IMG/VR virus record: IMGVR_UViG_3300032212_000107
Location: 1 to 32,837 of that record
Length of the DNA: 32,837 bases
From: a virus
Taxonomy: Duplodnaviria > Caudoviricetes
Direction: 5' to 3' (one strand)
Shown here piece by piece: positions 24,055-32,837 of the stretch. The position numbers and the translations under genes were made by a program. Each line of letters begins with the position of its first letter. The stretch's first letter is position 1. The notes below the pieces were generated by a model. That model was not told where the DNA came from. It made no database searches and saw nothing but the letters and a program-made list of their open reading frames with translations.

Positions 24055-24371
24055 CTGATGATTTTTTATTGTTTGTTGGGTGGATGTTTAAAGCGCATAG
24101 CTTTGAAAAAGGACAAACAAAAACGCGGTTAGCCGTATGGCAAGAAATACAGAAGCGCACCAATAAGGAAATAAGCTGGATAAAGGACAGACCGAAATGC
24201 CCGGATAGCTTTCAATATATCTGGGATATTTACCTGCTTATTAGGCGAGGATGCGAGGCTGTAGATTATCAGGTAATAAATAGTTACGTTAATGTAACGG
24301 GTGATAAGTTGACACACAGAGAAGTCGATTTATTAATTGAGATTGAATACTTAAGGCGCACCAATGACTGA
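24042..24371 (+). CDS. Tail assembly chaperone gpT-like part, expressed by frameshift
   Basis: P.CP....YIW..Y..I.R...I..Y...TG..L...EV..L pattern; no good RBS or ATG of its own. Confidence 0.78.
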   Translation, partial: YQRLTDDFLLFVGWMFKAHSFEKGQTKTRLAVWQEIQKRTNKEISWIKDRPKCPDSFQYIWDIYLLIRRGCEAVDYQVINSYVNVTGDKLTHREVDLLIEIEYLRRTND

Positions 24372-26001
24372 TATTGCAGAACTTGGAATAAAAATTGAAG
24401 CCTCCGACATTCGATCAGCGGTCAAGGAATTAAACCGTCTAGATAAAAACGCAAACAAAGCTGAAAAATCCACCAATAAACTAAGTCGAGCAACAACGGC
24501 ACTGCGTAGCAAGATGGGCGCATTGATTACGGTTGCCGGTGCGATTGGTTATGCACGATTGACAAAATCGTCAATAGAATATGCTGACACCATCGCTAAA
24601 ACAGCGGATAAGCTAGGCGTAACCACAGATGCACTTCAAGAATATCGATTTGCGGCCGAAAGGTCAGGCGTGGCTCAGACTGCCTTAGATATGGGCTTGC
24701 AGCGTTTCTCAAGGCGTTTGGGTGAAGCTGATAAGGGTACAGGGGAGCTTAAAGGCACACTAACAGAGCTGGGTATATCTACCCGCGACAGCACTGGAAA
24801 TATCAGAACCGCAGAGGATGTCTTGCAAGAATACGCAGGCGCAATTCAAAACGCGGAAGGCGATCAGGAAAAATTACGATTAGCGTTTAAGGCTTTCGAT
24901 AGTGAAGGCGCGGCAATGGTCAACATGCTGAGAAACGGCGCGGAAGGCCTAAATGATCTAAGACAGCAGGCCGTTGATGCTGGTGTTGTTATGGATGCTC
25001 AGCTAATCCGTAAGGCCGAAGTAATCAATGACAAATGGGATACGCTAACCCAGACCATAGGCGTTAAGTTTAAATCAGCTCTGATTGATATAGCCGCTCC
25101 TCTGTTTAATGTCCAGACCAATATGGAACGGTTGGCAGAGATTGAAATAGAGCTTGCCAAGGCTGGTAATGAGTTAAATGATGCTGTTTCTAGGGGTGCA
25201 ACGGGTTTATCTGGATACATATCAACACTAAAGGCATTACAGGAAGAAAAGCAAAAGCTATTAGAGATTGATAAGGAGGCAAAGGAAGAACAAGAAAGCG
25301 TTAATAATTCATCAGCATTAGTCGAGCAACTTAATCAAGAGCACTTACTAGCCATTGAAACCAAGCAAAGGCTAAATGATGCGCTGATTACGATGGAAGC
25401 CGGAACACTGGAAGAGCAGGCACATCTAAAACGTCGAGCTTATGCGCAAATGAGGCTTGATGAGGAAGCCGCAGAGCGCACAGCTACCCAAAACGCACAG
25501 CAAGCTATCATGGAGAGAGTCGGCTATATGCAGCAGACTATGGGTAATTTGTCGAGCCTGATGAGTAGCAAGAATGAGAAGCTATGGAAATTAGGCAAAG
25601 CAGCAGCACTATCATCAGCTTTAATTAATACCTCATTAGCGATTACTAAAACGATGGCTTCAGTGCCTTACCCTTGGAATATTCCGCTTGCGGCGGCTCA
25701 GGGTTTAGCGGGTATGGTGCAAGTTCAGAATATCCGATCTCAACAATTCAGCGGACAGGCTCATAGCGGCCTTGATAACGTACCGAATGAAGGCACTTAT
25801 TTACTGCAAAAAGGTGAAATGGTATTAGACCCGGGCACATCCGAGAAAGTCAGAAACGGGGTCGCCGGTGGTGGTCAATTAAATGTTACAATAAACACAG
25901 TCGATGCTGATGGTGTTGATAGGTTGATTGCTAATCATGGTGAAAAGTTTTATGGCGCTGTTAGAGGCCAGATGAATGAAAACGGCGAGAGCTTTGCATA
26001 A
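24364..26001 (+). CDS. Tail tape measure protein (545 aa, short)
   Basis: DIA.L.I.I start, Ala-rich helical sequence, C-terminal AHSGLDNVP.EGTYLL.KGE.VL. Confidence 0.9.
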   Translation: MTDIAELGIKIEASDIRSAVKELNRLDKNANKAEKSTNKLSRATTALRSKMGALITVAGAIGYARLTKSSIEYADTIAKTADKLGVTTDALQEYRFAAERSGVAQTALDMGLQRFSRRLGEADKGTGELKGTLTELGISTRDSTGNIRTAEDVLQEYAGAIQNAEGDQEKLRLAFKAFDSEGAAMVNMLRNGAEGLNDLRQQAVDAGVVMDAQLIRKAEVINDKWDTLTQTIGVKFKSALIDIAAPLFNVQTNMERLAEIEIELAKAGNELNDAVSRGATGLSGYISTLKALQEEKQKLLEIDKEAKEEQESVNNSSALVEQLNQEHLLAIETKQRLNDALITMEAGTLEEQAHLKRRAYAQMRLDEEAAERTATQNAQQAIMERVGYMQQTMGNLSSLMSSKNEKLWKLGKAAALSSALINTSLAITKTMASVPYPWNIPLAAAQGLAGMVQVQNIRSQQFSGQAHSGLDNVPNEGTYLLQKGEMVLDPGTSEKVRNGVAGGGQLNVTINTVDADGVDRLIANHGEKFYGAVRGQMNENGESFA

Positions 26002-26678
26002 TGGCTGACTATCCCAATACTGATTTTAAAACGCTTAAATTTACTTCTAATCAGAAAGTAAACCAGAGCGTTTCAGAATCAGGTAAGACGCAGACTCGAT
26101 TAATTGGCGGCCAAAAGTTTATGGCGAGCATTAACCATGCTGCTATGACTAAGGCCGAGTATTTCGCTTTAGATGCTTTTCTGATGTCGCAGCAAGGCAG
26201 AGACCAGAGTTTTACTGTGAGCTTTCCAGATAAAACGGGATTGGGCGCGGTTACTGGATCGCCGACAACGCACAGTGACAGAGTGGCAGGACAAAACACA
26301 GTAGCTATTCATGATTTAGTGCCATCGACCACAGACGTTTTTGTTGCCTCCGATATGATCAATTTTTCAAATCATTCTAAGGGTTACAAAATAGTTTCGA
26401 CGGTTTCAAGTAATGCTGCCGATGAAATAGCCAAGGCTGACGGAACGGGCGTATTATTAAAGGCCGATGGTACAGGTAGTTTATTAATGGCGAGAGCTAA
26501 TCAGGCTATTGTAACTATTTTTCCTCCTTTGGTTGAAGATGTTGCTGACGGTTCGACGGTTTCTTATGGTGTTAATTTTACTTTAACAATGGAGGTTGAT
26601 AGTGATATTCAATCTTACAAAGTAATCCCACCAAACATTTATGAAAAACAAGTTAATTTAGTGGAGTATATACCATAA
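26001..26678 (+). CDS. Distal tail (Dit)-like protein, paralogue 1, with inserted repeat
   Basis: S.SGK.Q.R...FL..Q.G...F...D.I.F..H.K.Y...I.PPL; directly after the tape measure gene. Confidence 0.75.
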   Translation: MADYPNTDFKTLKFTSNQKVNQSVSESGKTQTRLIGGQKFMASINHAAMTKAEYFALDAFLMSQQGRDQSFTVSFPDKTGLGAVTGSPTTHSDRVAGQNTVAIHDLVPSTTDVFVASDMINFSNHSKGYKIVSTVSSNAADEIAKADGTGVLLKADGTGSLLMARANQAIVTIFPPLVEDVADGSTVSYGVNFTLTMEVDSDIQSYKVIPPNIYEKQVNLVEYIP

Positions 26679-27184
26679 TGGCTGATGCAAAAGTAAGCGC
26701 CGGAACACCGATATCCAACATGGCTTTGACTGATAAATTATATGTCGATAGAGGGGGTATTGATAGTTACGCTGACTTCGATGATTTCACAGAAACCGGA
26801 ACCTTTACACCAACTATTTACGGCACAACAACTGCGGGAACTAATACCTATGACCAGAATATAGGGGATTATTGTCGGGTCGGTAAGTTAGTGCAATTTT
26901 CTGCATATATAGACATGGCAACATTAGACGGTACTTTATCCGGTAATATTGGGATGTCTGGATTACCGTATAACCATATAGCAGGAAATTTCACTGCAAT
27001 TTCAATTTCTTTTACGTCAAATATAACTTTAACTTCTGGGTATTATATTCACGGGTATATAGATGCAAATTCAGACAATGTTTTATTGTTTGAAAGTAAT
27101 GGAACTACAGGATCAGCTTTGACGCAGGCGGATATTGCGGCAAATACAACGATAATGATAGCTGGCAGCTATCAAGCGTTATAA
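26678..27184 (+). CDS. Short tail fibre/receptor-binding-like protein
   Basis: MADAKVS N-terminal module; E.GTFTP...G.Y.RVG.LV...GLP...G.Y fibre-tip domain. Confidence 0.7.
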   Translation: MADAKVSAGTPISNMALTDKLYVDRGGIDSYADFDDFTETGTFTPTIYGTTTAGTNTYDQNIGDYCRVGKLVQFSAYIDMATLDGTLSGNIGMSGLPYNHIAGNFTAISISFTSNITLTSGYYIHGYIDANSDNVLLFESNGTTGSALTQADIAANTTIMIAGSYQAL

Positions 27185-27771
27185 TGTCTCAATTGCCCTC
27201 AAACGAATACGCCCAATACACACTTAAAAGTCATCAACCGACTTTATACAATGGCGCGTCTAATGGTAAATCATTAAACCGACATGTAAACGGTCATATC
27301 ACCTCGTTTAATATTTCGTTTCCTGTTTTAACGGCCTCGCAATTTGCAGAGCTGGACGGTTTTTTAACAGACGTTTCGACTTATAAAAGTTTCACTATTA
27401 CTTTGCCTGACCGTGAGCCTCAAGGCGTAGCAACGGGTACGCCTTTGGTCAATGGTGCGTTAGCGAAAGGCGTGACTAGCATCGTGACCGATGGCTGGAC
27501 TATCTCACAAACAGGCATCATGAAAGCAGGAGACTTGTTGTTATTTTCAGGCCATACGCATGTATATACCGTAGTGACGGACACTAATAGCGATGTTTCT
27601 GGAAATTCAACATTATCCATTCAGCCACCACTTAAAGAAGCTATCGCAGATGGAGAATCTTTAACGGTCACTTCTGTTCCCTTTACCGTTGTTTGCACTA
27701 ATGATCATTCGTCAAATGTGCAAGCGCCCATTTTTTATAATTTTAGCTTTGACGTTAAAGAGGTTTCATAA
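27184..27771 (+). CDS. Distal tail (Dit)-like protein, paralogue 2
   Basis: Same motif order as 26001..26678: SNGK...R, FL, F.I..PD, KAGD...F.GH..VY, I.PPL, VPF.V. Confidence 0.75.
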   Translation: MSQLPSNEYAQYTLKSHQPTLYNGASNGKSLNRHVNGHITSFNISFPVLTASQFAELDGFLTDVSTYKSFTITLPDREPQGVATGTPLVNGALAKGVTSIVTDGWTISQTGIMKAGDLLLFSGHTHVYTVVTDTNSDVSGNSTLSIQPPLKEAIADGESLTVTSVPFTVVCTNDHSSNVQAPIFYNFSFDVKEVS

Positions 27772-28106
27772 TGAATTTAATATTATTGGTTATCGGTGTT
27801 TTATATTTATTCTATATCACTTGGGTTTTTTACCTTGCGATCATGAACCTAAGACGCAACAAAGCAAGATTATCAAAAACGGTATTGAGACTGTCTTACC
27901 CGATTGTGATTGCTGGCAGTCTTTTAAACATTACGTTTAATTTTATAGTTGGAACGGTTGTTTTTTATGAACCGCCTAGAGAGTGGTTTTTTACTGATCG
28001 TTGTCAACGCCATCAGGAAAGATCAAAAGGTACACGTTTACGTCGGGCAAACTGGTTTTGTGCAAACATTTTAGATCCTTTCGACTTAAACGGAAAACAT
28101 TGCTAA
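27771..28106 (+). CDS. Two-TM membrane protein within the tail operon
   Basis: Two hydrophobic helices; E.P.E..FT.R..R...C..LDPFD..G.HC C-terminus. Confidence 0.65.
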   Translation: MNLILLVIGVLYLFYITWVFYLAIMNLRRNKARLSKTVLRLSYPIVIAGSLLNITFNFIVGTVVFYEPPREWFFTDRCQRHQERSKGTRLRRANWFCANILDPFDLNGKHC

Positions 28107-31100
28107 ATGAGCTTTTCATCAGCAGGACTAACCGCGCTAGGTGATACACCAGAAATTTACTATCTTATCAAGATGGATTTCGACACGCCTTTATATGTGA
28201 CAACCGCGCCCCGTGATATTTCTTATAGTTCGCAAACGTGGTCAAGTAATGCCTTGCTAACTTCTATCGGTAAGCTTAAGCATACGTTAGGTATGAAACC
28301 TAATACGATTAGCATAGACATGGCGGGTTCTGCATTAGTTAATCAATTATTAACCTTTGAAAATAACAATAATAAAGAGGTTTTGATTTATCGTTATTTA
28401 GCCGATACGCAAGAGGCACGTCTTGAGTTTAAAGGTTTTATCCAGACCTATTCTAAAAAAGAAAACATCCAAAAAGGCACGTCGGTTATTTCGTGGAAAA
28501 TTGCCAGCCATTGGGCTAATTGGGGCGCTAGGGTTGGCCGTGTCATTAATGACAGAGAGCAGCAAGCCTTATACCCCGGCGATAGGTTTTTTGAGTATGC
28601 AGAAGTTACGGACGATAAAATAACAGATTGGGCAGAAGCTGACGCAGATTTCGGCGGCTTTATTGGCGGCCTAATAACGGGCGTTGCTGGTGCCGTAGGT
28701 GATTTAGTTGTTAATACAATAGAGGTTGTCGAGGATATCGGCGGGCATATTGATAACATATTGGGAACCAGTATTTTCGGTGGTGGTGGTGGTGGCGGGG
28801 GCGGTGCCAGCATGCCTAAAGTAAACGTCGATGAGCATATATTAAACACAGGCGATCCAGAGTCTAGAATTAAGCGCTTGCCGGTTATGTATGGTGAGGG
28901 GCGTATTAAAGGGCGCGTTGTGTTTCGTGGTTTAGACCCTGCCAACAAAGAATTTTTATATATCGTTTATGCGTTATCTGAGGGGAAAATAGACGGCTTA
29001 ACTGATAACAAATTAGAGTTTAAAAATGGCGAGCCTTACACAAGCTCAAGAATCAGCCCCTATTGCACATTAGTCGCAGAATATGACGGTACGCAAACCG
29101 CCGCAGATTCGACCCTTGTAAGTGTGTTTAGCTCAACAGGAACGGGTACAGGCTATTTATTGAATGATGCGTCTAGCGCTATCGGTGACACTGTTATAGC
29201 GGTTGATACCGGCACAGGAACCATTCTAGTCGGTGATATTGTTGTGTTTGGCGGCGATAGTTCAACTTACCGCGTATCAGTCGCTTTAAGTGGTGGAAGT
29301 TTCACGATTGAAGATGATGGGTTAAATGTTGCTTTAGCTGATAATGCAACAGTCACTGTCGTTTCAAGATGGTCAGCCAGCCATATAGGTTATGGCGTTG
29401 CTTATTCTGTTGTGAAGTATAAAAAATCGGCAGTTTGGCAAGGCGAACCACAACCGGCGCACGTGTTAAAAGGTAAGCATATTTTAGACACTCGGACAGG
29501 CGTTACAGTTTACAGCGCTAATCCGGCTTTGATTGCTTATGATATTGCAATAAATACTTTATACGGTAAGTCAGTCGATACCGGCGACATTGATATAGCC
29601 AGCATAAACGCGGGCGCTGATTTAGCAGAAACCACGAACACTGACCACGATGGAACCGGAACAACCACCAAAGCCACAGCAGCAACAACCGTCGATTTGT
29701 TTTCTTTTAATGGTGCGATTAATACTAATCAGCCGCTTAAAGCGAACATGGAAAAAGTATTGTATAACATGCGCGGGCATTTTCCATTTGTTTATGGTCA
29801 GTATAAATTAGTTATTGAGCAAACTAATGAGACAAGCGTTTATTCTTTTAATGAGGATAATATAACAGGCGTATTTTCGGTTGCAGAAACGCCAGCCACA
29901 GGCCAATTAAACGCTGTTTACTACGAGGTAATAGCGCCTGACTTTGATTATAAGAAGTATGCTTGTGTTGTTGAGTCATCAACTTATCTGGCAGCAGATA
30001 ACGGCATTAAACAGTATCGTGTTATAGATAACCCTTATGAGCGCAATCGATATAGAGGGCTTAATAGGGCCTCGACTATCATGAAGAAAAGCCGCGAGAG
30101 CTTGCGGGTTAAGCTAACCGCAGCCAATGCTGATGCTCTACAAGTCGAAGTCGGTCAGCTTGTGGATATTACTCGGACCAGTGAAGGCTGGACCGCTAAA
30201 TTGTTCAGAGTGGTTGGCATGACCACCAGCGAAACAGGCTCATCTGATTTTGCTTTAGAAGAATATGAGTCAAGCGTTTATGATTGGGGGGTGTCTGTTG
30301 AAGAAGCTTTACCGGAGGATACCACGCTACCTGATAATAGGACGGTTTTACCGCCTACGGGTTTACTTGCTGTTTCTGGAACATCTAATCAAATCACAAC
30401 CGATGACGGTGCAGCAGAAAATAGAATTAAGGTTAGCTGGACGGCTCCGCTTGATGAGTATGTTGAAGGCTATGAGGTTCAATATAGGGCGGTTGGTGAT
30501 TCTACTTGGATTCAGCTACCCACGCAGACCGACATATCAGACGTCACCTTATTTATTACAAAGGTTGATGAAGATCAAGACTATGAAGTTCGTGTAAGGT
30601 CATACAATGCACAAGGCACGGTTTCCGCTTGGGTAGCATTAGGCGCGGCGCACACGGTAACGGGTGAGGTTGCTATAGGCAGGTTAGCCCAGATTCGCGG
30701 CGCTGACGCTTATGAGAATGATTCTATTTACTGGCACAGTCTTTTTGATAGCATTGACCAATTTATACAACAAAATGCATCGGTCAACTCATTGCTCGGT
30801 TTATATGTTGCCGGTAACGCATCATCTTCAAGTTATGCTAGAAAGTTTGTATATACACCTGTTGTTCAGACTACATGGGATAAAAACAGAAGATTCAGAA
30901 CAAAAATAGATATGGCATCTTTAAATAATTTAGGGGGAACAGCATATATCGGAATAGGACATCACTCAGGTGCATTTGTTGGATTTTCAATAAAATGGAA
31001 TGGTGGTACGTCATCTATTGATATATATGGTTATACTTATGCTTCTTCTAGCTCAACAGAGACACTTATAAAATCTATTGTTTCTACAGGGGCAATAGTT

Positions 31101-31292
31101 GATTTTGATTGTGTTTTTACATCAGGGGCTAATGCTGTATTAATTGCTGACGCATCGGAAATAACTATAACAACAACGCTTCCCAGTGGTATCGGTTTAT
31201 ATGCGTCTGATATTATGTATCAATATATACCTAGCGGGTCGGCGTCCGCCGATTTTAGAACGGGGCAATGGAAATTTCTACAGGAACAATGA
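28107..31292 (+). CDS. Baseplate hub/tail-tip protein (lambda J / T5 pb3-like) with FNIII and C-terminal beta domain
   Basis: N-terminal hub part ending Q...PGD.FFEY; LPV.YG, LSEG.I, NPA...YD, GD/GQ.V.I; FNIII VSW..P...YEVQYR...YEVRVRS.N..G..S.W. Confidence 0.85.
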   Translation: MSFSSAGLTALGDTPEIYYLIKMDFDTPLYVTTAPRDISYSSQTWSSNALLTSIGKLKHTLGMKPNTISIDMAGSALVNQLLTFENNNNKEVLIYRYLADTQEARLEFKGFIQTYSKKENIQKGTSVISWKIASHWANWGARVGRVINDREQQALYPGDRFFEYAEVTDDKITDWAEADADFGGFIGGLITGVAGAVGDLVVNTIEVVEDIGGHIDNILGTSIFGGGGGGGGGASMPKVNVDEHILNTGDPESRIKRLPVMYGEGRIKGRVVFRGLDPANKEFLYIVYALSEGKIDGLTDNKLEFKNGEPYTSSRISPYCTLVAEYDGTQTAADSTLVSVFSSTGTGTGYLLNDASSAIGDTVIAVDTGTGTILVGDIVVFGGDSSTYRVSVALSGGSFTIEDDGLNVALADNATVTVVSRWSASHIGYGVAYSVVKYKKSAVWQGEPQPAHVLKGKHILDTRTGVTVYSANPALIAYDIAINTLYGKSVDTGDIDIASINAGADLAETTNTDHDGTGTTTKATAATTVDLFSFNGAINTNQPLKANMEKVLYNMRGHFPFVYGQYKLVIEQTNETSVYSFNEDNITGVFSVAETPATGQLNAVYYEVIAPDFDYKKYACVVESSTYLAADNGIKQYRVIDNPYERNRYRGLNRASTIMKKSRESLRVKLTAANADALQVEVGQLVDITRTSEGWTAKLFRVVGMTTSETGSSDFALEEYESSVYDWGVSVEEALPEDTTLPDNRTVLPPTGLLAVSGTSNQITTDDGAAENRIKVSWTAPLDEYVEGYEVQYRAVGDSTWIQLPTQTDISDVTLFITKVDEDQDYEVRVRSYNAQGTVSAWVALGAAHTVTGEVAIGRLAQIRGADAYENDSIYWHSLFDSIDQFIQQNASVNSLLGLYVAGNASSSSYARKFVYTPVVQTTWDKNRRFRTKIDMASLNNLGGTAYIGIGHHSGAFVGFSIKWNGGTSSIDIYGYTYASSSSTETLIKSIVSTGAIVDFDCVFTSGANAVLIADASEITITTTLPSGIGLYASDIMYQYIPSGSASADFRTGQWKFLQEQ

Positions 31293-31634
31293 TTAAAAGC
31301 TAAAATTAATTCCTAAGCTATAATTATGACCGACATATAGCGCTTGATTAACAGAAACAATCATATACCAGTTATCGCCGTATTTTTCCCCTATTATGTT
31401 GTTCAATATAATCATGCTTGCAAAATATATATTAACGTCTGATCTATCAGGATGGCTTCCTATGATATTATTTGTTTCATAGTAATTATCATTTTTTTGT
31501 ATCTCTAATGTTTGCATCCAATCAGCGACCAAAAGAGCATTTGATGTTGTCTGCCAATCCCACGATTTAGCATTACTACTGAATATCACACAAATCATCA
31601 AGCACAATAAAATCATTAGTTTTTTCATATCCAT
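31293..31634 (-). CDS. Exported/membrane protein (DUF5658-like)
   Basis: Signal peptide; D...T......E.N...G motif; AAGGAG RBS. Confidence 0.6.
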   Translation of the reverse strand: MDMKKLMILLCLMICVIFSSNAKSWDWQTTSNALLVADWMQTLEIQKNDNYYETNNIIGSHPDRSDVNIYFASMIILNNIIGEKYGDNWYMIVSVNQALYVGHNYSLGINFSF

Positions 31635-31703
31635 TCTCCTTAAATAAACTATAGACCAGTCTTAATAATTATTTGCAGGATAAATCCTATATTTCATTAA
31701 GAA

Positions 31704-32177
31704 TTATCCTCTCCCGTGGTTGGAATGATAACCATATTTATATTCTGCCGATTTTCTAGCACATACAGCATCGAACCAATCATTAAAATGCCCCATATTT
31801 AATAATTTTGAATTATCCCTTATCCTAACTTCCCAGTTATTTGTTCTAATATTCCAGCAAACGCCTGTTACGCCTGATTTATTGTTTTTTCTTCGTTTAC
31901 AATTCCTCGAATTTTGTGATGGTGTTGCAAGTCGTAAATTATCGAATCTATTATCGTGAGGCTCGCCATTTATATGGTCTATGTATTTTTCAGGCCATTC
32001 GCCGGTCATGTAAAGCCACGCCAGTCTATGTATATAATGTGTTTTCCCAGCAACATGAAGCACTATTCTACCTGTGCCATTTTTAGAGCCTAATACCTTA
32101 GGATTAGTTCCCTTTTTAAATTCTCCGGTTTTAGGATTATAAAAATAATGTCTCTTTAAATATTCTTGTGTAAGCAT
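31704..32177 (-). CDS. HNH homing endonuclease (HNH_3 + AP2-like)
   Basis: HRLAWLYMTG.WP...IDHING...DNR..NLR, NKSGVTGV.W, DAVCARKSAE. Confidence 0.92.
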   Translation of the reverse strand: MLTQEYLKRHYFYNPKTGEFKKGTNPKVLGSKNGTGRIVLHVAGKTHYIHRLAWLYMTGEWPEKYIDHINGEPHDNRFDNLRLATPSQNSRNCKRRKNNKSGVTGVCWNIRTNNWEVRIRDNSKLLNMGHFNDWFDAVCARKSAEYKYGYHSNHGRG

Positions 32178-32202
32178 AATAATTGCCTATAAATATGAAT
32201 AA

Positions 32203-32745
32203 TTACATTGTAACACGTTTTCTTAATTCCTTGTAATACGACTCGATTTCCTTTAAATCCTCAACAGTCCATTTCTGATGCTTGTGAGCGCCTTCTAGCC
32301 ATTCCAAGTTATATATCCCTATCTTTTCAATAAGTCTCACCCTGTATCTAATCTGGTTGCCTGACAGGTGATTATTGCAAGGGGCGCACTGTTTGTTATT
32401 GTTGAACGGGTGAAACCTTAATTCTGGATGTGCGCCAGTGCTTAAATAATGCCCTGCGTGATATTGCCCGGCATGATGAAGCCCACAGCTAATACATGGT
32501 AAATGCTTATCGCGCTCTCTCACATAAGCATTAAAGGCAGCTTGAGACTTCTTAACCCAGTGACCACGATCATTATCAAGCATCTTTTTCTTAGCTTTTT
32601 TGGTGGTCGCTTTATATTCCTTTTTCTGTATACCCTTACCGTCCTCGATAGCGCATTTTACAGAGCAGGTACGCTGCATTGAATTTGAAGGCGTGAATTT
32701 ATCTTTGCACACCTTGCAGGATTTCTGGCGTTTCGGTTTAAGCAT
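32203..32745 (-). CDS. ninG: NinG/Rap recombination endonuclease
   Basis: C..C...F...Q..CS..CA; Q.AFN.YVR.RD...PCISCG...AGHY...LRF...N...QC..CN..LSGN. Confidence 0.93.
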   Translation of the reverse strand: MLKPKRQKSCKVCKDKFTPSNSMQRTCSVKCAIEDGKGIQKKEYKATTKKAKKKMLDNDRGHWVKKSQAAFNAYVRERDKHLPCISCGLHHAGQYHAGHYLSTGAHPELRFHPFNNNKQCAPCNNHLSGNQIRYRVRLIEKIGIYNLEWLEGAHKHQKWTVEDLKEIESYYKELRKRVTM

Positions 32746-32836
32746 TCGGTGTCGGCAAGTTCATGCCAAGTTCATGGCCTGTTTCAATCGTGCCATCAAT
32801 TAGCAACGAATAGCCATGTCTTTTTTCGGCCTCGCT
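32738..32836 (-). CDS. C-terminal fragment of a NinB-like protein (5' end beyond the window edge)
   Basis: Manual translation SEAEKRHGYSLLIDGTIETGHELGMNLPTPNA*; resembles NinB C-termini and overlaps the ninG start. Confidence 0.5.
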   Translation of the reverse strand, partial: SEAEKRHGYSLLIDGTIETGHELGMNLPTPNA

Positions 32837-32837
32837 T

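Noticed and set aside
28779-28806. GGT/GGC microsatellite as a phase-variation tract
   Set aside because: Triplet unit keeps the frame; it simply encodes a Gly linker.
18885-29363. Capsid/tip similarity as a DGR template-variable repeat pair
   Set aside because: No reverse transcriptase, differences are not adenine-specific, and both copies are internal coding domains.
10006-30909. Antisense and alternate-frame ORFs in the track (e.g. 16426..16782, 17623..18018, 28448..28948, 30265..30597)
   Set aside because: They lie wholly within well-supported genes and have no motifs or RBS; shadow ORFs.
32738-32837. Direct circular closure of the window ends
   Set aside because: Joining the ends truncates the HTH gene with an immediate TAA and leaves the ninB-like fragment without a start, so sequence is missing.
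1-32837. tRNA, rRNA, introns, IS elements, alternative genetic code
   Set aside because: No cloverleaf, split core gene or transposase was recognised by eye, and core genes are intact in the standard code. tRNAscan/Infernal were not run.

Overview
Nearly complete genome of a tailed dsDNA phage with a long non-contractile tail (siphovirus-type); gene content suggests a Gammaproteobacterial host. A divergent promoter region at about 6782-6936 splits it. The minus-strand arm (Cro-like HTH, many small ORFs, DUF1376/O-like initiator with internal iterons, P-like protein, HNH endonucleases) runs off the left edge and appears to re-enter at the right edge (ninB fragment, ninG, HNH, exported protein). 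The plus-strand arm carries ERF, holin-like genes, an accessory fibre cassette, terminases, portal, minor head protein, scaffold, P22-like capsid, neck, tail tube, G/GT chaperones with a -1 frameshift, a short tape measure, two Dit-like paralogues and a large hub/tip protein. I could not recognise an integrase, CI repressor, Q antiterminator, endolysin, tRNA or CRISPR array. The most notable observations are: a phased DnaA-box array over the scaffold/capsid promoter; a capsid insertion domain copied into the tail-tip protein; a rope/bead/adaptor fibre cassette outside the tail module; a structured RNA whose loop matches repeats at the initiator RBS; and recurring C(UGU)G hairpins at head-gene RBSs. 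All family assignments come from motif recognition by eye; no searches were run.
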